A DNA stretch of 64,000 nt from Lama guanicoe (Eukaryota): positions 10,863,175 through 10,927,174 of the forward strand of contig MU056000.1 of NCBI GenBank assembly GCA_013239625.1, given 5' to 3'. The notes under the pieces are model-generated. The model searched no databases. It saw nothing but the letters and a program-made list of their open reading frames with translations, and had not been told where the DNA came from. Both the position numbers and the translations under genes were made by a program. Positions 1 through 11,253 of this stretch are shown in pieces (within the stretch, counting starts at the first letter, position 1; each line of letters starts with the position of its first letter).

Positions 1-446
1 CATCAGACACATTACATTTCTGTATCAGTTTTCAGTAAAATGTATTCTAAAAGGAGACATGAAATAATTGACAATAAAGTAGGCTGCTTAGTGGGTTTTC
101 CCCAAGGCTAAATTGTGATATAACTAATTTGCCCCAGCATCAGTCCATTTCCATTTCTGGGTTGTTACCCATTTTCTTGGTTTCTTCCTCAACTTCCCTT
201 TGAAAGGTGGAACTTTCTTCTTAATCTTTCCTCCCTCTCAGTTTTATCAAAACACGCTCTAAGGAAGGAATTTGATTTCATTCAGTTTTTCTCTATGTGA
301 ACTGAAGCCAGTGAATCATTTCTCCATGATTATTTGTATCTTAAGTCTCAGCAATAAATGCCGAAGAGAATGCTTTATTCCTGGTAACCTATATTTCAAT
401 TCCTAACAGGTGGAGGATCACATTTATCAGTAATTTTTTTACATAG

Positions 447-565
447 TTTTTTTTTTTTAGCTTTTGTTTGGTTGTGTTTTGGAGGGAGGTAATTAGGTTT
501 ATTTATTTATTTGTAATAATTTTTTTTGAATGGAAGTACTGGGAATTGAGTACTCTACCATTGGG
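447..565 (-). mobile_element. tRNA-derived SINE, camelid vic-1-like, internally deleted
   Basis: Reverse strand reads ccaatggtagagtac-tcaattcccagtacttccattc...aaataaataaataaacctaattacctccc then an A-rich tail. This has A/B-box remnants plus the 3' motif I recall for the Tylopoda SINE; the middle of the tRNA-like part is missing. Confidence 0.7.
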
Positions 566-1529
566 AAGCACATTTTAAAGCAGAAAAGCAAATCTCCTTA
601 GTCCTTCAATGATCATACATTTAATGCTTAAGATGGGTCATGATGACCAGGACAGCAACAAATGTTCTAGTTCAAAAATGCCTGGGATAAGGAGAAGAGA
701 TATATGAAGAATTTTTACCTTTGAGAAACAGAGGCATATTTGAGAAGTTTTTGAAAATCTTTGAGAAATCAGCATATTTAGCCTGATTGCAGCTCTCAAG
801 CTTACTCTGAGGTCTTGTTCATTTTTCAATTTTATCCTTCTCTTGGCAGAAAAGAACCAAAGTCTGCATTCTCATTATTTTCTCATTTTATTGAAAAAGT
901 CCTTACATTTTACTCATGTCCTCATTTTCCCAGAGACCACAAATGGTAAATGAAGATTTAGATAATATTTAAATGAGAAACATTCGAGAACAAGAATGAA
1001 ACTATAAAAATAGACCATTTGTTTCTAAGGCACAACTATTATCTCATTAACTAGACTCTTTCTGATAGACAAATATGTTTCAATGGAAAAGTAGGACATT
1101 CTACATAGAAAGTGATTGTTGGAAATTAAATATGAAATCTGAACTATTTGCAAATGAGAAAGCTCAGGATCTGTATTCTCACCACTAGTTTAATTCTGCC
1201 CCCTTGTGTGTACAGGATGCATTGAAATGGGGCCAATCAACTTTACAGAAAACAAGGCAGGAATATATCACAAACTGCATTAAAATTGTATCTAGGAAGA
1301 GAACATCTCTCTAAAATCAATACAAACTTCACACACTGCAGTAAAAATGATACCATAAGGATCAACTGGTGCAACAGACCAAATGGTGAAAAATCTGATG
1401 TGTAACTCTACACCCATGTGAAGCTTAGGGTGACTCCCTTATTTACCTCTATTTCACTCTCGGTCAAGACTGCACTTACTCAACGAGAAAACATTTTTTT
1501 AAATTTCAAACTCCAACTTCTCAAAAGAA

Positions 1530-2710
1530 TATTGATTTTATTCTAATATATTCACTGCAGTTATTTAAAATACCAAACAACTCAAATTCTTGTAAAGTTT
1601 TTACAGCAAAAATATCAACAGTGTACCAAGGGGTTTGTGATGTGGAAATAAAATACACAGCAATACTAGCACAAAGGTGGAAGAAGGTATACATGAAATT
1701 AAACTGTTGTGAGATTTGTATGTTGTATGAGGAGTCATACAATATTAATTCAAGGTTGACTGTAATAAGTTAAAGATGCACAATATAATCTCTAGAAAAA
1801 TCACTAAAAATCACTTCATATATTAATGAAAGTGTCAATAAAAATTTAATAGAAAAAAATCGAATGGAATACTTAAAAAAACAATTGATCAATCCAAGAG
1901 AGATTGAGAGATGAGGATCAAAATAATAAAACAACACAAATACAATACAACAATACAAACAGTTTTACAAATACATGAAAACATACAACAAAATGATACA
2001 AATAACACAATTTTGTCAATAATGGTGCTAAATCTAAATGTGTTAAAAATTCTGTGTAGAAGACAGATTGTTAGACTAGATAAAAAAGCAATATTCAACC
2101 ACATGCTATTTATAATAGACTCCCAATAAATGTAATCCAAAACATGAGCGCTCATGTGCCATACATCATCACACAATGTAGACTTCAAGGCAAGATGTAT
2201 TATTGGAGGTAAAGAGTGATTTCATAGTGATAAAGCATCAATTAATCAAGAATATAAAATTCTACTAAATGTATACACATTATGACAGAGCTTCAAAATA
2301 CATAAAGTAAAAATTACAGAACTAAGAGACAAATTAAAAATTCCACAATAATAACTGGAGGATATTAACACCACATTCTCAATAAAAATAGAACACACAT
2401 ACCAAAAAAAATCATTTAGATTGATTGAAAAATTCTAACACCCCAAACACAATCATCTAGAATATTATACTCAACAGCTATAGAATACACATTTTTCCAA
2501 TTAGATGTGGAATATTTATCAAGATAGATACAAAGCATCTCTTTATAGGATTGAAATACACTGTATGTTACTCCTAAGAGAATTAAGTTAGGAAACTACA
2601 ATAAAATAAATCCAGAAAATCATCAAACATTGATAAATAAGAAAAATATTTGCAATAACTAATGGATTAAAGACGTCACAAGATGAATTAGAAAATATTT
2701 TGAACTTAGT
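1530..2710 (+). mobile_element. Old L1 (L1M-type): inter-ORF region and start of ORF2 (endonuclease), decayed
   Basis: ~2015-2090 reads like decayed SIITLNVNGLNSPIKRQRLSDWIK. A-rich sense strand with many stops and frameshifts. Interrupted at ~2710 by the RPP40 retrocopy. Confidence 0.85.
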
Positions 2711-3472
2711 ATTTTTTATTTTAGATTTTGTCATTTTTATGATAGACAAGAGCCACTTGTACACAATAGTCTTGATGAAAAAAAATCAGTTATATAAATG
2801 TTCTCCTCCTTTTTGAAAGCCATGTTTACTTTCTTTCCATGGAATAAGGCTGTATGGAAAACCTTGAACCACAATGAAACCCACAGAACTAACTTTGGTT
2901 CATCAATGCCGTGACACAGCTGTTCCAGTAGGAGACATGTCTTCTCTGCAGTGTGAAGCCAGTGATTACAGTGATCAGTGTACTCAAATCAGCTTTTGTC
3001 ACCACTGTCTTTGACTAAGGAGAGCAGTGGGTTGATATGACATTATTAAGCTCATTATTTTAAACAACGTATGTATTTTGCCAGAATACTGAGATGGATG
3101 ACCTTGAAGTCCAATTTCTTTACTGGTGTCTTTGTCCAGTGATAACATTGATTTCCCATTTGGCATCAGGGCAACAGTAATGTCTTCATCAATATCTGTA
3201 TTGTGAGTCTGTGCAAGTCACAAATCTGGGAATTGGGGTTGTCCTCTGCTTTCAGCAGATCCTGGGTAAACCAGTAATTAACCTCACAGATGCCTCAATT
3301 TCCACATCCTGTATTGTAATAGTGTGTCTCCCTGAGACGTCAGGGTCATGAATTGTAATGTCAAAATTGATCTTGGTGGGCTTTTTGTTGGGAAACTACT
3401 GATTTGCATTTTGGCTCTTCCCATCCCCAGACCACCAAGTGCCCCAGGGGCCCTTGCAGCCTGCCCTGCCTT
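2711..3472 (-). pseudogene. RPP40: Processed pseudogene of RPP40 (RNase P/MRP subunit p40)
   Basis: Minus-strand translation gives THNTDIDEDITVALMPNGKSMLSLDKDTSKEIGLQGHPSQYSGK (recalled RPP40: TYNTHIDEDNTVALLPNGKLILSLDKDTYEETGLQGHPSQFSGR) and NNELNNVISTHCSP*SKTVVTKA (NNEPNNFISTYCCPEPSTVVAKA). Also present: HGFQKGGEHLYN, an N-terminal RLQGPLGHLVVW (RLREAPRHLLVC), and terminal tgt cta tca taa (stop 2737-2739) followed by an A-rich tail. No introns; has stops and frameshifts. Confidence 0.93.
3226..3307 (-). mobile_element. MIR-derived 82-nt segment inside the RPP40 retrocopy (probable exonised MIR)
   Basis: Reads atgtggaaattgaggcatctgtgaggttaa...tacccaggatc...aattcccag, matching the MIR core atgaggaaactgaggcacagagaggttaag...gaacccag. 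Confidence 0.7.
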
Positions 3473-3479
3473 GGGTGTG

Positions 3480-3790
3480 AATTAAACCATATTTAAACAT
3501 GACATTAAAATTTATGGGATGCAACCAAAGCACAGCTTAGAGGCAAATTAATGGCTCTAAATACTTACATTTAAGAAGCTAGGAAAGAGAAAAAAAATCT
3601 TTAAAATAAGAAATTAAAATCAAAGTTATGGAAAAAAGAAGTAATTAATGTAATAAATAAAAAAGAAGAAAGCACAGTAAATCAATACATTTCATATGAA
3701 ACCTCTCTACAAGCTCTACAAGGCAGGACTTGAAGGGAAGCATCTTAACCCAATAAAGCACATACATGAAATGCCTATGGATGGCATTGC
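3480..3790 (+). mobile_element. Continuation of the old L1 ORF2 after the retrocopy
   Basis: aaaatttatgggatgcaaccaaagcacagcttagaggcaaattaatggctctaaatacttacat (NLWDAAKAVLRGKFIALNAY-like) is collinear with the L1 sequence ending at 2710. Confidence 0.8.
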
Positions 3791-3859
3791 ACATAGTACA
3801 TACATATACTGCATGATCCATATACATATGTATTATATATAATAGTGAAGTAATAGAAA

Positions 3860-4850
3860 GAGCAAATATGTGAATTTACTGACATCAGTAGTTTTCCAAC
3901 AAAAGGCGCACCAAGATCACTCCACAATAATGCTCCAAGCTGCCAATCTCTATCTACAGGGCTTCTAAGTACACTTTTATTTCCCCACTGTGATTCAGGA
4001 GCAAGAAACCAATTGTCAGACATCTAAGGAAGACCACTAAAAGTAGAGATCCAAACAACAAAACAGAAAATAAAATATGCAATAAAAACAGAAAACCTGG
4101 AGAAACAGAAAATATAAAGGAGAACTTCAAACCAACTTTAATATTAACATCCTTAGAGGTGAGAAAATATTTTGCAACCACAAGACAAAAACAGGATGCA
4201 TTAAAAATATAAGCAAAAACAAGGAAAAAAAATCAGAGAACAAAACATTGCTCTTGGAAATTGAAAACTTGATGTCAGAAATAAAAAATATGTGGAAGGG
4301 TTAGAAGATGAGGTTGAGGGACTCTGACAGAAAGTAGAGCCAAAAGTTGGACAATAGGAGAGAAATGGTAAGGAAATTAGAAAGAAAAATACCATATGAG
4401 ATCGCTCATATGTGGAATCAAAAAAAATGAGCATAAATACAAAACAGAAACAGACTCAGAGACATAGAATACAAACTTGTGGCTGCTAAGGGGGCGGGGG
4501 GTGGGAAGGGACAGACTGGGATTTTAAAATACAGAATAAATAAACAAGATTATACTGTATAGCACAGAATCTTGTGGTACAGCAAAAAAAAATGAGACAA
4601 TGAATATATGTATGTTCACGTATTAACTGAAAAATTGTGCTCTACACTGGAATTTGACACAACATTGTAAAATGACTCTAATTCAATAAAAAAAGTTAAA
4701 AAAAAATTAGGGGACCAGTCAAGGAAGCTTAACATTTGAATAAGAGTAGTTCTGGAAAAGAGAACAGAATCTGTATGGGGAAAAATCATCAAAAAATTAT
4801 TCAAGAACATTTCAGAAAGTGAAGGACATGGCTTCACTTCTAGTCTCATG
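3860..4850 (+). mobile_element. Old L1 ORF1 fragment, split by a young L1 insertion
   Basis: A/G-rich coiled-coil-like region at 4020-4380. 4710-4830 resembles RSNIRIIGVPE...IIKEIIQENF of L1 ORF1p. Confidence 0.7.
4381..4706 (+). mobile_element. Young 5'-truncated L1 3' end (camelid-type)
   Basis: ORF2 end aaataccatatgagatcgctcatatgtggaatc, G-rich 3'UTR, AATAAA and A tail. aaattag repeated on both sides as a TSD core. Near-identical to 15412-15670. Confidence 0.92.
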
Positions 4851-5100
4851 GTACAAACCCTAAGTGATTTTATTCTTTTTTATGGCTTGTCTTCTATGAG
4901 ATTTATATGCATCTTCAGCCCACACTCCTCTCTTGTACATTGAAGTACAATTTTATTGCTACCAGACATCTTGTATTGGAGGCATAATGGTAAAACAAGT
5001 AGATATGCAAGCAACTTTAAAGAGAACCTTGCAGAATGGGTTAGAGTGCTTGAGTAGAACTTCCAAGTAAGTGAGACTTGAGATGCACCTTTAAGCCTTA

Positions 5101-5571
5101 TGTGTCAGTTTTCCACTTGCTGCTGTAACATATCACCACCAACTTAGAGGCTTAAAACACAAATTTATTCTTATCACCCTGGAGGTCAGAAATCCAAAAT
5201 GGGCTAACATCAAGGTGTCAGCAGGGTTCTACTTCTGCCAGGGACTCTAAGGGAGAATCCACTTCCTTGTTTTTCCCAGATTCTAGAAGCTGCCAGCATT
5301 CTTGGCTCATGGCCTTCTTCCATCTTCAAAGCTAGAAATCATGTTGCTCTGACCTCTGCTTCTGTCTATTCATCTCTTTTCTGACTCTGCTTCTCACGTC
5401 CTCCTCTTTCACTAATAAGGACCCTTATGACTACATAGGCTTACAAGATAATCCAGGATAATCTCCCCATCTGAAGATAATAAATTTAACCAGATATGCA
5501 AAAGCCCTTTAGTCACACCAGGTAATGTAGCCACAGCTTCCAGGAATTGAGGCTATTCCTCTGCTTGTCAC
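5101..5571 (-). mobile_element. MaLR LTR (MLT1C/D-like)
   Basis: tgctgctgtaaca...ggcttaaaacacaaatttatt...ggaggtcagaaatccaaaatggg...gataatccaggataatctcccc are hallmark MLT1 motifs. Confidence 0.85.
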
Positions 5572-6892
5572 AGCTGGGTAGAATTGGGATCTCTAGGGAG
5601 AAGTCATGTTCCATATCATAAAAAAAAAATACATGCAGTATATTTCAGGGCAGCGAGGAAGCTTTCTGGTTGGTTTAGAGTCTTGCATTGGGATGTACAG
5701 AGTGAATGGATAACTGGGAGCTACTGTGGAGGAGCCGTACTATGAAGAATGTTGGTTGCTCAGATCAGTGTATTTTGACTTTTCTGAAATCAACAGGAGA
5801 ACTCTTAAGTTGTTAAATAGAATAAATGGTCCTAGAGCTGTACAGACTCTTAAGAGAAGTCCTGACCCCATCCCCTGCCTTTAGGAATGTAAAGGGTGAT
5901 GATAAGAACATGTTGAAGATAAGACCACGATAGTGCATCTGCTGTCTTACCTGAGGCATCGATTTGGAGTATTAGCAAGCCTTCTCTTGTTATTTAGTGA
6001 AGGGTAATTCTGCTCTGGAAGGGGTAATACAAATTCTCTATGCATTACCTTGCAGGATATTGATTTATTAGCTTTTCCTTTGGCCCAATGGAGAAGAGCA
6101 GGAATGTGTCTGAGCTCTTTTGCCAATCAAAACTTTTTGGAGCTGCAGATGCCAATTTCAATAGAGGTACCATGTTAATCAATTAGTATGTAATATTTTT
6201 ACATTCCAGGGGAGATTACACTGAACCTTTGGGATCCATCTGGATTCAAGGGGGATTTTTATGGGCAAAACTTAAAAGAATGCTTGCTTAGTTACCAAAC
6301 CTGAAAATCATTTAATCCTAGTGAATATTCCCAGCCGTCAACTTTATCTAAAAAATTTCTTCTAAATGGTTTTACTCTGGAATGCTCTTTCTTGTACCTA
6401 CTTACACACCCCACCCCATATTTTCAGAATTCTTTATACCAATGTAACTTATTAAGAAGGCTTGTGTATTCATGGCTATAGACAGGATTTCATTTGGTAA
6501 GAATGGAGTCAGAAATATAGAGTCTAAAGAAAACTGATACTTAACAGAAGACTATAGGAGTCAGTCTTTCAGAAAAGATAAGGGGGTTTAATAGTCTTCT
6601 ATGGTTTTCCTTCTTGATGCCCCTTTTTGCACCATGTTATTTCAAAGTTGGACCTGAATAAGATCCACTTTCAGACTTTTAAATCCTTCCCCCCTCTAAA
6701 TTTATACACATACATTTTGTTTAACGCCTTATGAGACAAATCTGCCATTTTTCTAAAAGATGCAACTTTAACATCATTTAGCAACATTACTCTTATATCT
6801 AACAAGATTTTAATCCTCAGTGTTATCAGAATACTTGAAGCAACTTATATCTCCTGTTTTTCAAACCTATCATACCTTCTTTTGTAAAGCTA

Positions 6893-7054
6893 TTTTTTTC
6901 TTTTCTTTTTTTGACAGGGGAAAAAAGTAATTTTTTAACATTTTTTATTGATTTATAATCATTGTACAATGTTGTGTCAAATTCCAGTGTTCAGCACAAT
7001 TTTTCAGTCATACATGGACATATACACACTCAATGTCACATTTTTTTCTATGTG
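6893..7054 (-). mobile_element. Short young L1 3' end
   Basis: Reverse complement of the same 3'UTR as 4590-4700. agctattttt repeated at 6888 and 7055 as a TSD. Confidence 0.88.
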
Positions 7055-8109
7055 AGCTATTTTTCTTCCTTCACACAGAATGATCTTACACCTTGAAAAT
7101 GTTACTTTTTGAGCACAGCCCAACACACACTTAGTTTTTAAGGTGCAAGCATCATTGTTGGCATAGCATAATAATCTAGGGACTAGATTTGCTAAGTGAA
7201 GGATGGGCACCTCTATGTTTTCCCCCCTGTGAGAGTGTGGGGAAATACCAGTTTTTAAAGTAAGGTTTTGCCATTCACAGAAACTTCAGGGAGATTTTCA
7301 TCCCTTAAAGTTTAACTGTTACACATTTCAATTCAGGTGAAATAATATCCCTCCAGTGATGTGTGGTTCATGAAAGAAGGTCAGCATGTAGAAAGCTATA
7401 TGTCTTTCGTACCTTGACATAAGGGATGAAGGACCATATTATTCCTAGGTCCTTGTGCTCCAATGAACAAAAGGCAGTACCAGGAAAGCACAGGCCCATA
7501 TTTTCCAGCAGGGGCCATTTTTAATTAGCTCGTGACCTTGAATCCTCTTCATCCCACAGTTGAGGCTTCCCACCACATCAGAGAGATTAGGAGCAGAGGA
7601 GTGACAAGCAGCTCCTGGAGTGTTTGCTCTCTGCTCCACACATTGTCCTGAGCAATGGACTTCCTTTAATGGAAGCAGGACACCTAGCAATCGTGCTGTG
7701 ACAATGGCTAGCAACGGGTGGTGGGACAGCCCCAGAGGAGGGGCGGATCACCCACTGAAGAGTGATTAAATCAGTTCCTGCAGAGAATAGTATATCAGTG
7801 CATCAGCTCTGTCTCCAAATGTGCTGTCCCTCATTCTTGTCCAAAAGCAGCCAACACTGAAATCTTAAGATAACAATGGTCACCTGTGAAATACATGGGA
7901 TATTTGAACTTAGATGGAAGCAATTATAAAGTTTTCTTGTTGACACAGGTCAAATGGAAATAGTTTGGAGATTGTTTTCTGTATCACTTGAGGGGACAAG
8001 AGTCCCCTTGGAGAAGTCAAGGACATTGATTGATAACTCTTGAACCAGGGTTAGACTTTAGTATCTACACCCTCTCCTCACTCCTTACCTCCTTCTGCCG
8101 GGCTATTTA

Positions 8110-8305
8110 CTCCATTTTTTCATGGTACTTATTATCTTCTTATGTGCTTTATCCTTTCTTTATTTTGTTTATTTTAAAATTGTTTGTCTCAATGGTAAGC
8201 TCCAAAGAGCAATGATTATTCTTTTTTCCAACGCTGAAACCCAAGGACAGTGACTTTTATATGATAGGTGTGCAACAAGTATTACTTAAGTGAATGAGTT
8301 AGTGA
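8110..8305 (+). mobile_element. L2 3' end
   Basis: gtaagctccaaagagca...acagtgacttttatatgataggtgtgcaacaagtatt...tgaatgag. Confidence 0.65.
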
Positions 8306-10233
8306 AAAGAGTAGTCTTCATCTTTGATACATTTCAACAATACTTTAAAATAACTGTAATCCAACATTATGCAACACACAGTTACATCAACCATACAAAT
8401 GCCAGGGTCAGTACAGAGTCTAGAATCATCAGAAAATTTAAATCTCAATAAAATTTCTGCCACTGGAGGACCCTAAGTAATAATACAATATCTCAACAAC
8501 CTAACCATTAATATTTTATCTGGAGCACATTCTAAACTTTAATTTGCTGAAGAGCTCAAGCTCATCAAAGCTATGGGTAGTACATCTAGCAACTTCATGC
8601 ATTTGCAATGTTTACTTTTTAAATAAACATTTGTCCTTTAATTGAGTTTGAAAATTTTTCACTTGGAAGGCATTTTTTCTAGGGAAAAAAAATCATATTA
8701 GTACTTGGTCTTCTGATGGCTAATGTCTTTAATATACCTGTACAATTACTAAGTTTAAGTTTAAGTTTAAATAACAACCTTCTATGGAGGAGAATCCTTA
8801 CTTCTAAGAGCCATGAAGATCAGTGCACTTTGGCTATGACAGGAGATGGGATTAATGAAAATTTAACTTTTCTGGGAATTCTGAGTTTGTATTGGCGGGT
8901 TTTAGATTATGAAAATTTTGCTTGTATTTAGTTATAACATTGTCAATAATTTCCAGCTCTTTCTTAAAAATTCATATATGTATTTAAATATGATATATGA
9001 ACATATATTTACACATATATATATAATAAATACATGTGTATGAATATTTAATATTGGGGATTTTACTGAGATTTAAATTTTTTGATGATTCTAGACTCTA
9101 TATTGACCCTAGAATTTGTGTGCTTGATGTAATGAGATCATTTTTCCCATGACCAAGAGTCCCTTTAAAGGGAAAATTAAATTTTAAGCTTTAGAAGTCC
9201 CATATTTATATTTTGTTGAAGAGTTAACAAATCTATAATTCTACAATGGAAGTCTTAAAGGCTCTTGAGCCAGGAATCTCTTGCTTAGGAAAGAAAGCAA
9301 AAGTTAAAGATTTTAAGCAGCAGAAGAAATGAGGAATTTTATGATAGCCTTCTGTGAGGCAACCCAGGTTGGGTGAGTTGAGGTTGGAGTTGGGACAGCC
9401 CCAGGTAAGCAGGTAGGGACCTGCATATTGCTGTTTCTGCCCAGGGTGCAAGAGAGATGCCACCAACAGAAAACTTAAGCTTCCAGGAGAGAAAAGGACA
9501 CTACAGAGAAAGATCCTTTATCTGCACACGTACCCTCCTGGATTGCAGGGGCCCTTCTGTGGAGAACAGGCAGGGCCAGAACGACAGGTTTTGCCTCTGA
9601 TGACCCCGGTACCATTTTAGATCTCTTGTGCTGTTCCCCACACCTGGTGTTTTCTATCATCATTTTTTTAAGCCATGTTATGCATCAGAAAAGGAAGATA
9701 CAAAATCTTTTATACCCGTTCTTTTAATATAAGAAATCTATCATCATCTGCTATTGATTATATTTTCCTTTATCCAAAGGAATAAGAGACTGAATTTGAG
9801 GCTTTGGGTTAAATGAGTCCCAACTTTATATAACTTTTGGAGTTGCAGATGCCAATTTGAATACAGCTTTTAATTACCATGTAATACTTTGAGATGTGGT
9901 GGGGATCCCCTTCTAGGAGACAATGTTAAACCCTTGAAGCCTACATGGTCCCCAGGGGATTCTGGGACATCCTAGTGAGGACACTTCCGTGGTTACCAAA
10001 TGTGAAACAGAATTTTATTCATGCAAATGTTTTCAGCTTTAAACATAAGAGGTTATCTGAAATTAATTTACTATTTAGAACTCCACACCCTCTTACCCCG
10101 TCCTATGAAGCCTCTCTTTATCATTTCGGAATTACATTCACTAGCCACAGCAGTTAGGAGGGCTTACAACTTCAGAGCTACATAGAGAATTCCTTTTGCA
10201 CAGATCAAACCAGAAATAAAGGACAAAATGTCA

Positions 10234-10601
10234 TGTTATGGACTGAATTGTTTACCTCCAAAATTCATTGGTTGAAGCCCTAACTCCTCATGTGACTGTA
10301 TTTGGAAACAGGGTCTTTAAGGAGGTAATAAAGGTTGAATGAGGTCATTTGGGTTGGACCCTGATCCAATATGGCTGGTGTCGTTTTAAGAGGAGGAGGA
10401 GACACTAGGGATGCATGTGCACAGAGGAAAGACTGTGAGGACAGAGAGGTGGGTATCTATATGCCAAAGAGAGAGGCCTTAGGAGAAACCATCTCTGAGA
10501 AACCTCGATCTTGGACTTCCAGCCTCCAGATCTGTGGGAAATACATTTCCCACCCAGTCCATGGTATTTTGTTATGGCAGCCCTAGCCCTAGACTAACAC
10601 A
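10234..10601 (+). mobile_element. MaLR solo LTR (MLT1B-like)
   Basis: tgttatggactgaattg...tgaagccctaac...tgactgtatttggaaacagggtctttaaggaggta...ttgttatggcagccc...ctaacaca; TG...CA ends. Confidence 0.9.
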
Positions 10602-10736
10602 AGTCATAAGACTTTTAAAAGAACATAGGAAACAGTTGGTATTTAAATATGGGGCCCATTGGTACTGTAGGTTGTCAAATAGCCACACTTTTTTGAAGCT
10701 TCTTCCGTTAAGAATTGGAGTCTCTTTCTTCACCCC

Positions 10737-11253
10737 GTGGATGTCTTCTGTTTGCATCTCCAGAGCCACTTCCCAGTTTGCCATCTTGCTCCTGCCCTCA
10801 GGCATGGACCAGTATAGACCACACCAAGAAGGTCTCCTGCCCTCTAGCTTCTAGCTGGGTCTGACCAATGGGGAGTGTCAGCAGGAGGTGGGAGAGAGAT
10901 GAGAGGGCATCAGGGCATTGATTTGCCTAGGATGTTGCCTTCAGGGTCACCGCAGGTTGGTTTTCACTCTTTGAAGGAAGGCTTCAGTTATGGGCAGGTG
11001 GTCCTATCCACGCAGACCTCTGCTCTGGGGGCTGGTAACTGCCAGCTCCCTCCTTCTCTTCAGGCCTAAAGGTGGTAGCAAAGAACTTCTCTTCTAAGCC
11101 TCAGGGCCCGAGCACTGCACAAACATTTTTGTCCCCCCACCCCCACACCACCAGCCTATAGCTTTTAAATTAATCTTTTTACTAAACTCTCTTTAAATTA
11201 CCCTCACCCGAGTGTGCCACTGTGTTTCTGCCAGAGCTCTGACTGATGGATAC
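10737..11253 (+). mobile_element. ERVL LTR (LTR33-like), preceded by a short MLT1 5' stub at ~10666-10736
   Basis: ctgccctctagcttctagctgggtctgaccaatggggag...ttcaggcctaaaggtggta...aaactctctttaaattaccc...gagtgtgcca...ctgactgat...aca. Confidence 0.75.

Noticed and set aside
520..565. tRNA gene
   Set aside because: A/B-box remnants belong to a SINE; no cloverleaf can be formed.
3300..3400. KINFDITIHD resembling an M1 aminopeptidase motif
   Set aside because: Better explained at nucleotide level as frameshifted RPP40 exon 1.
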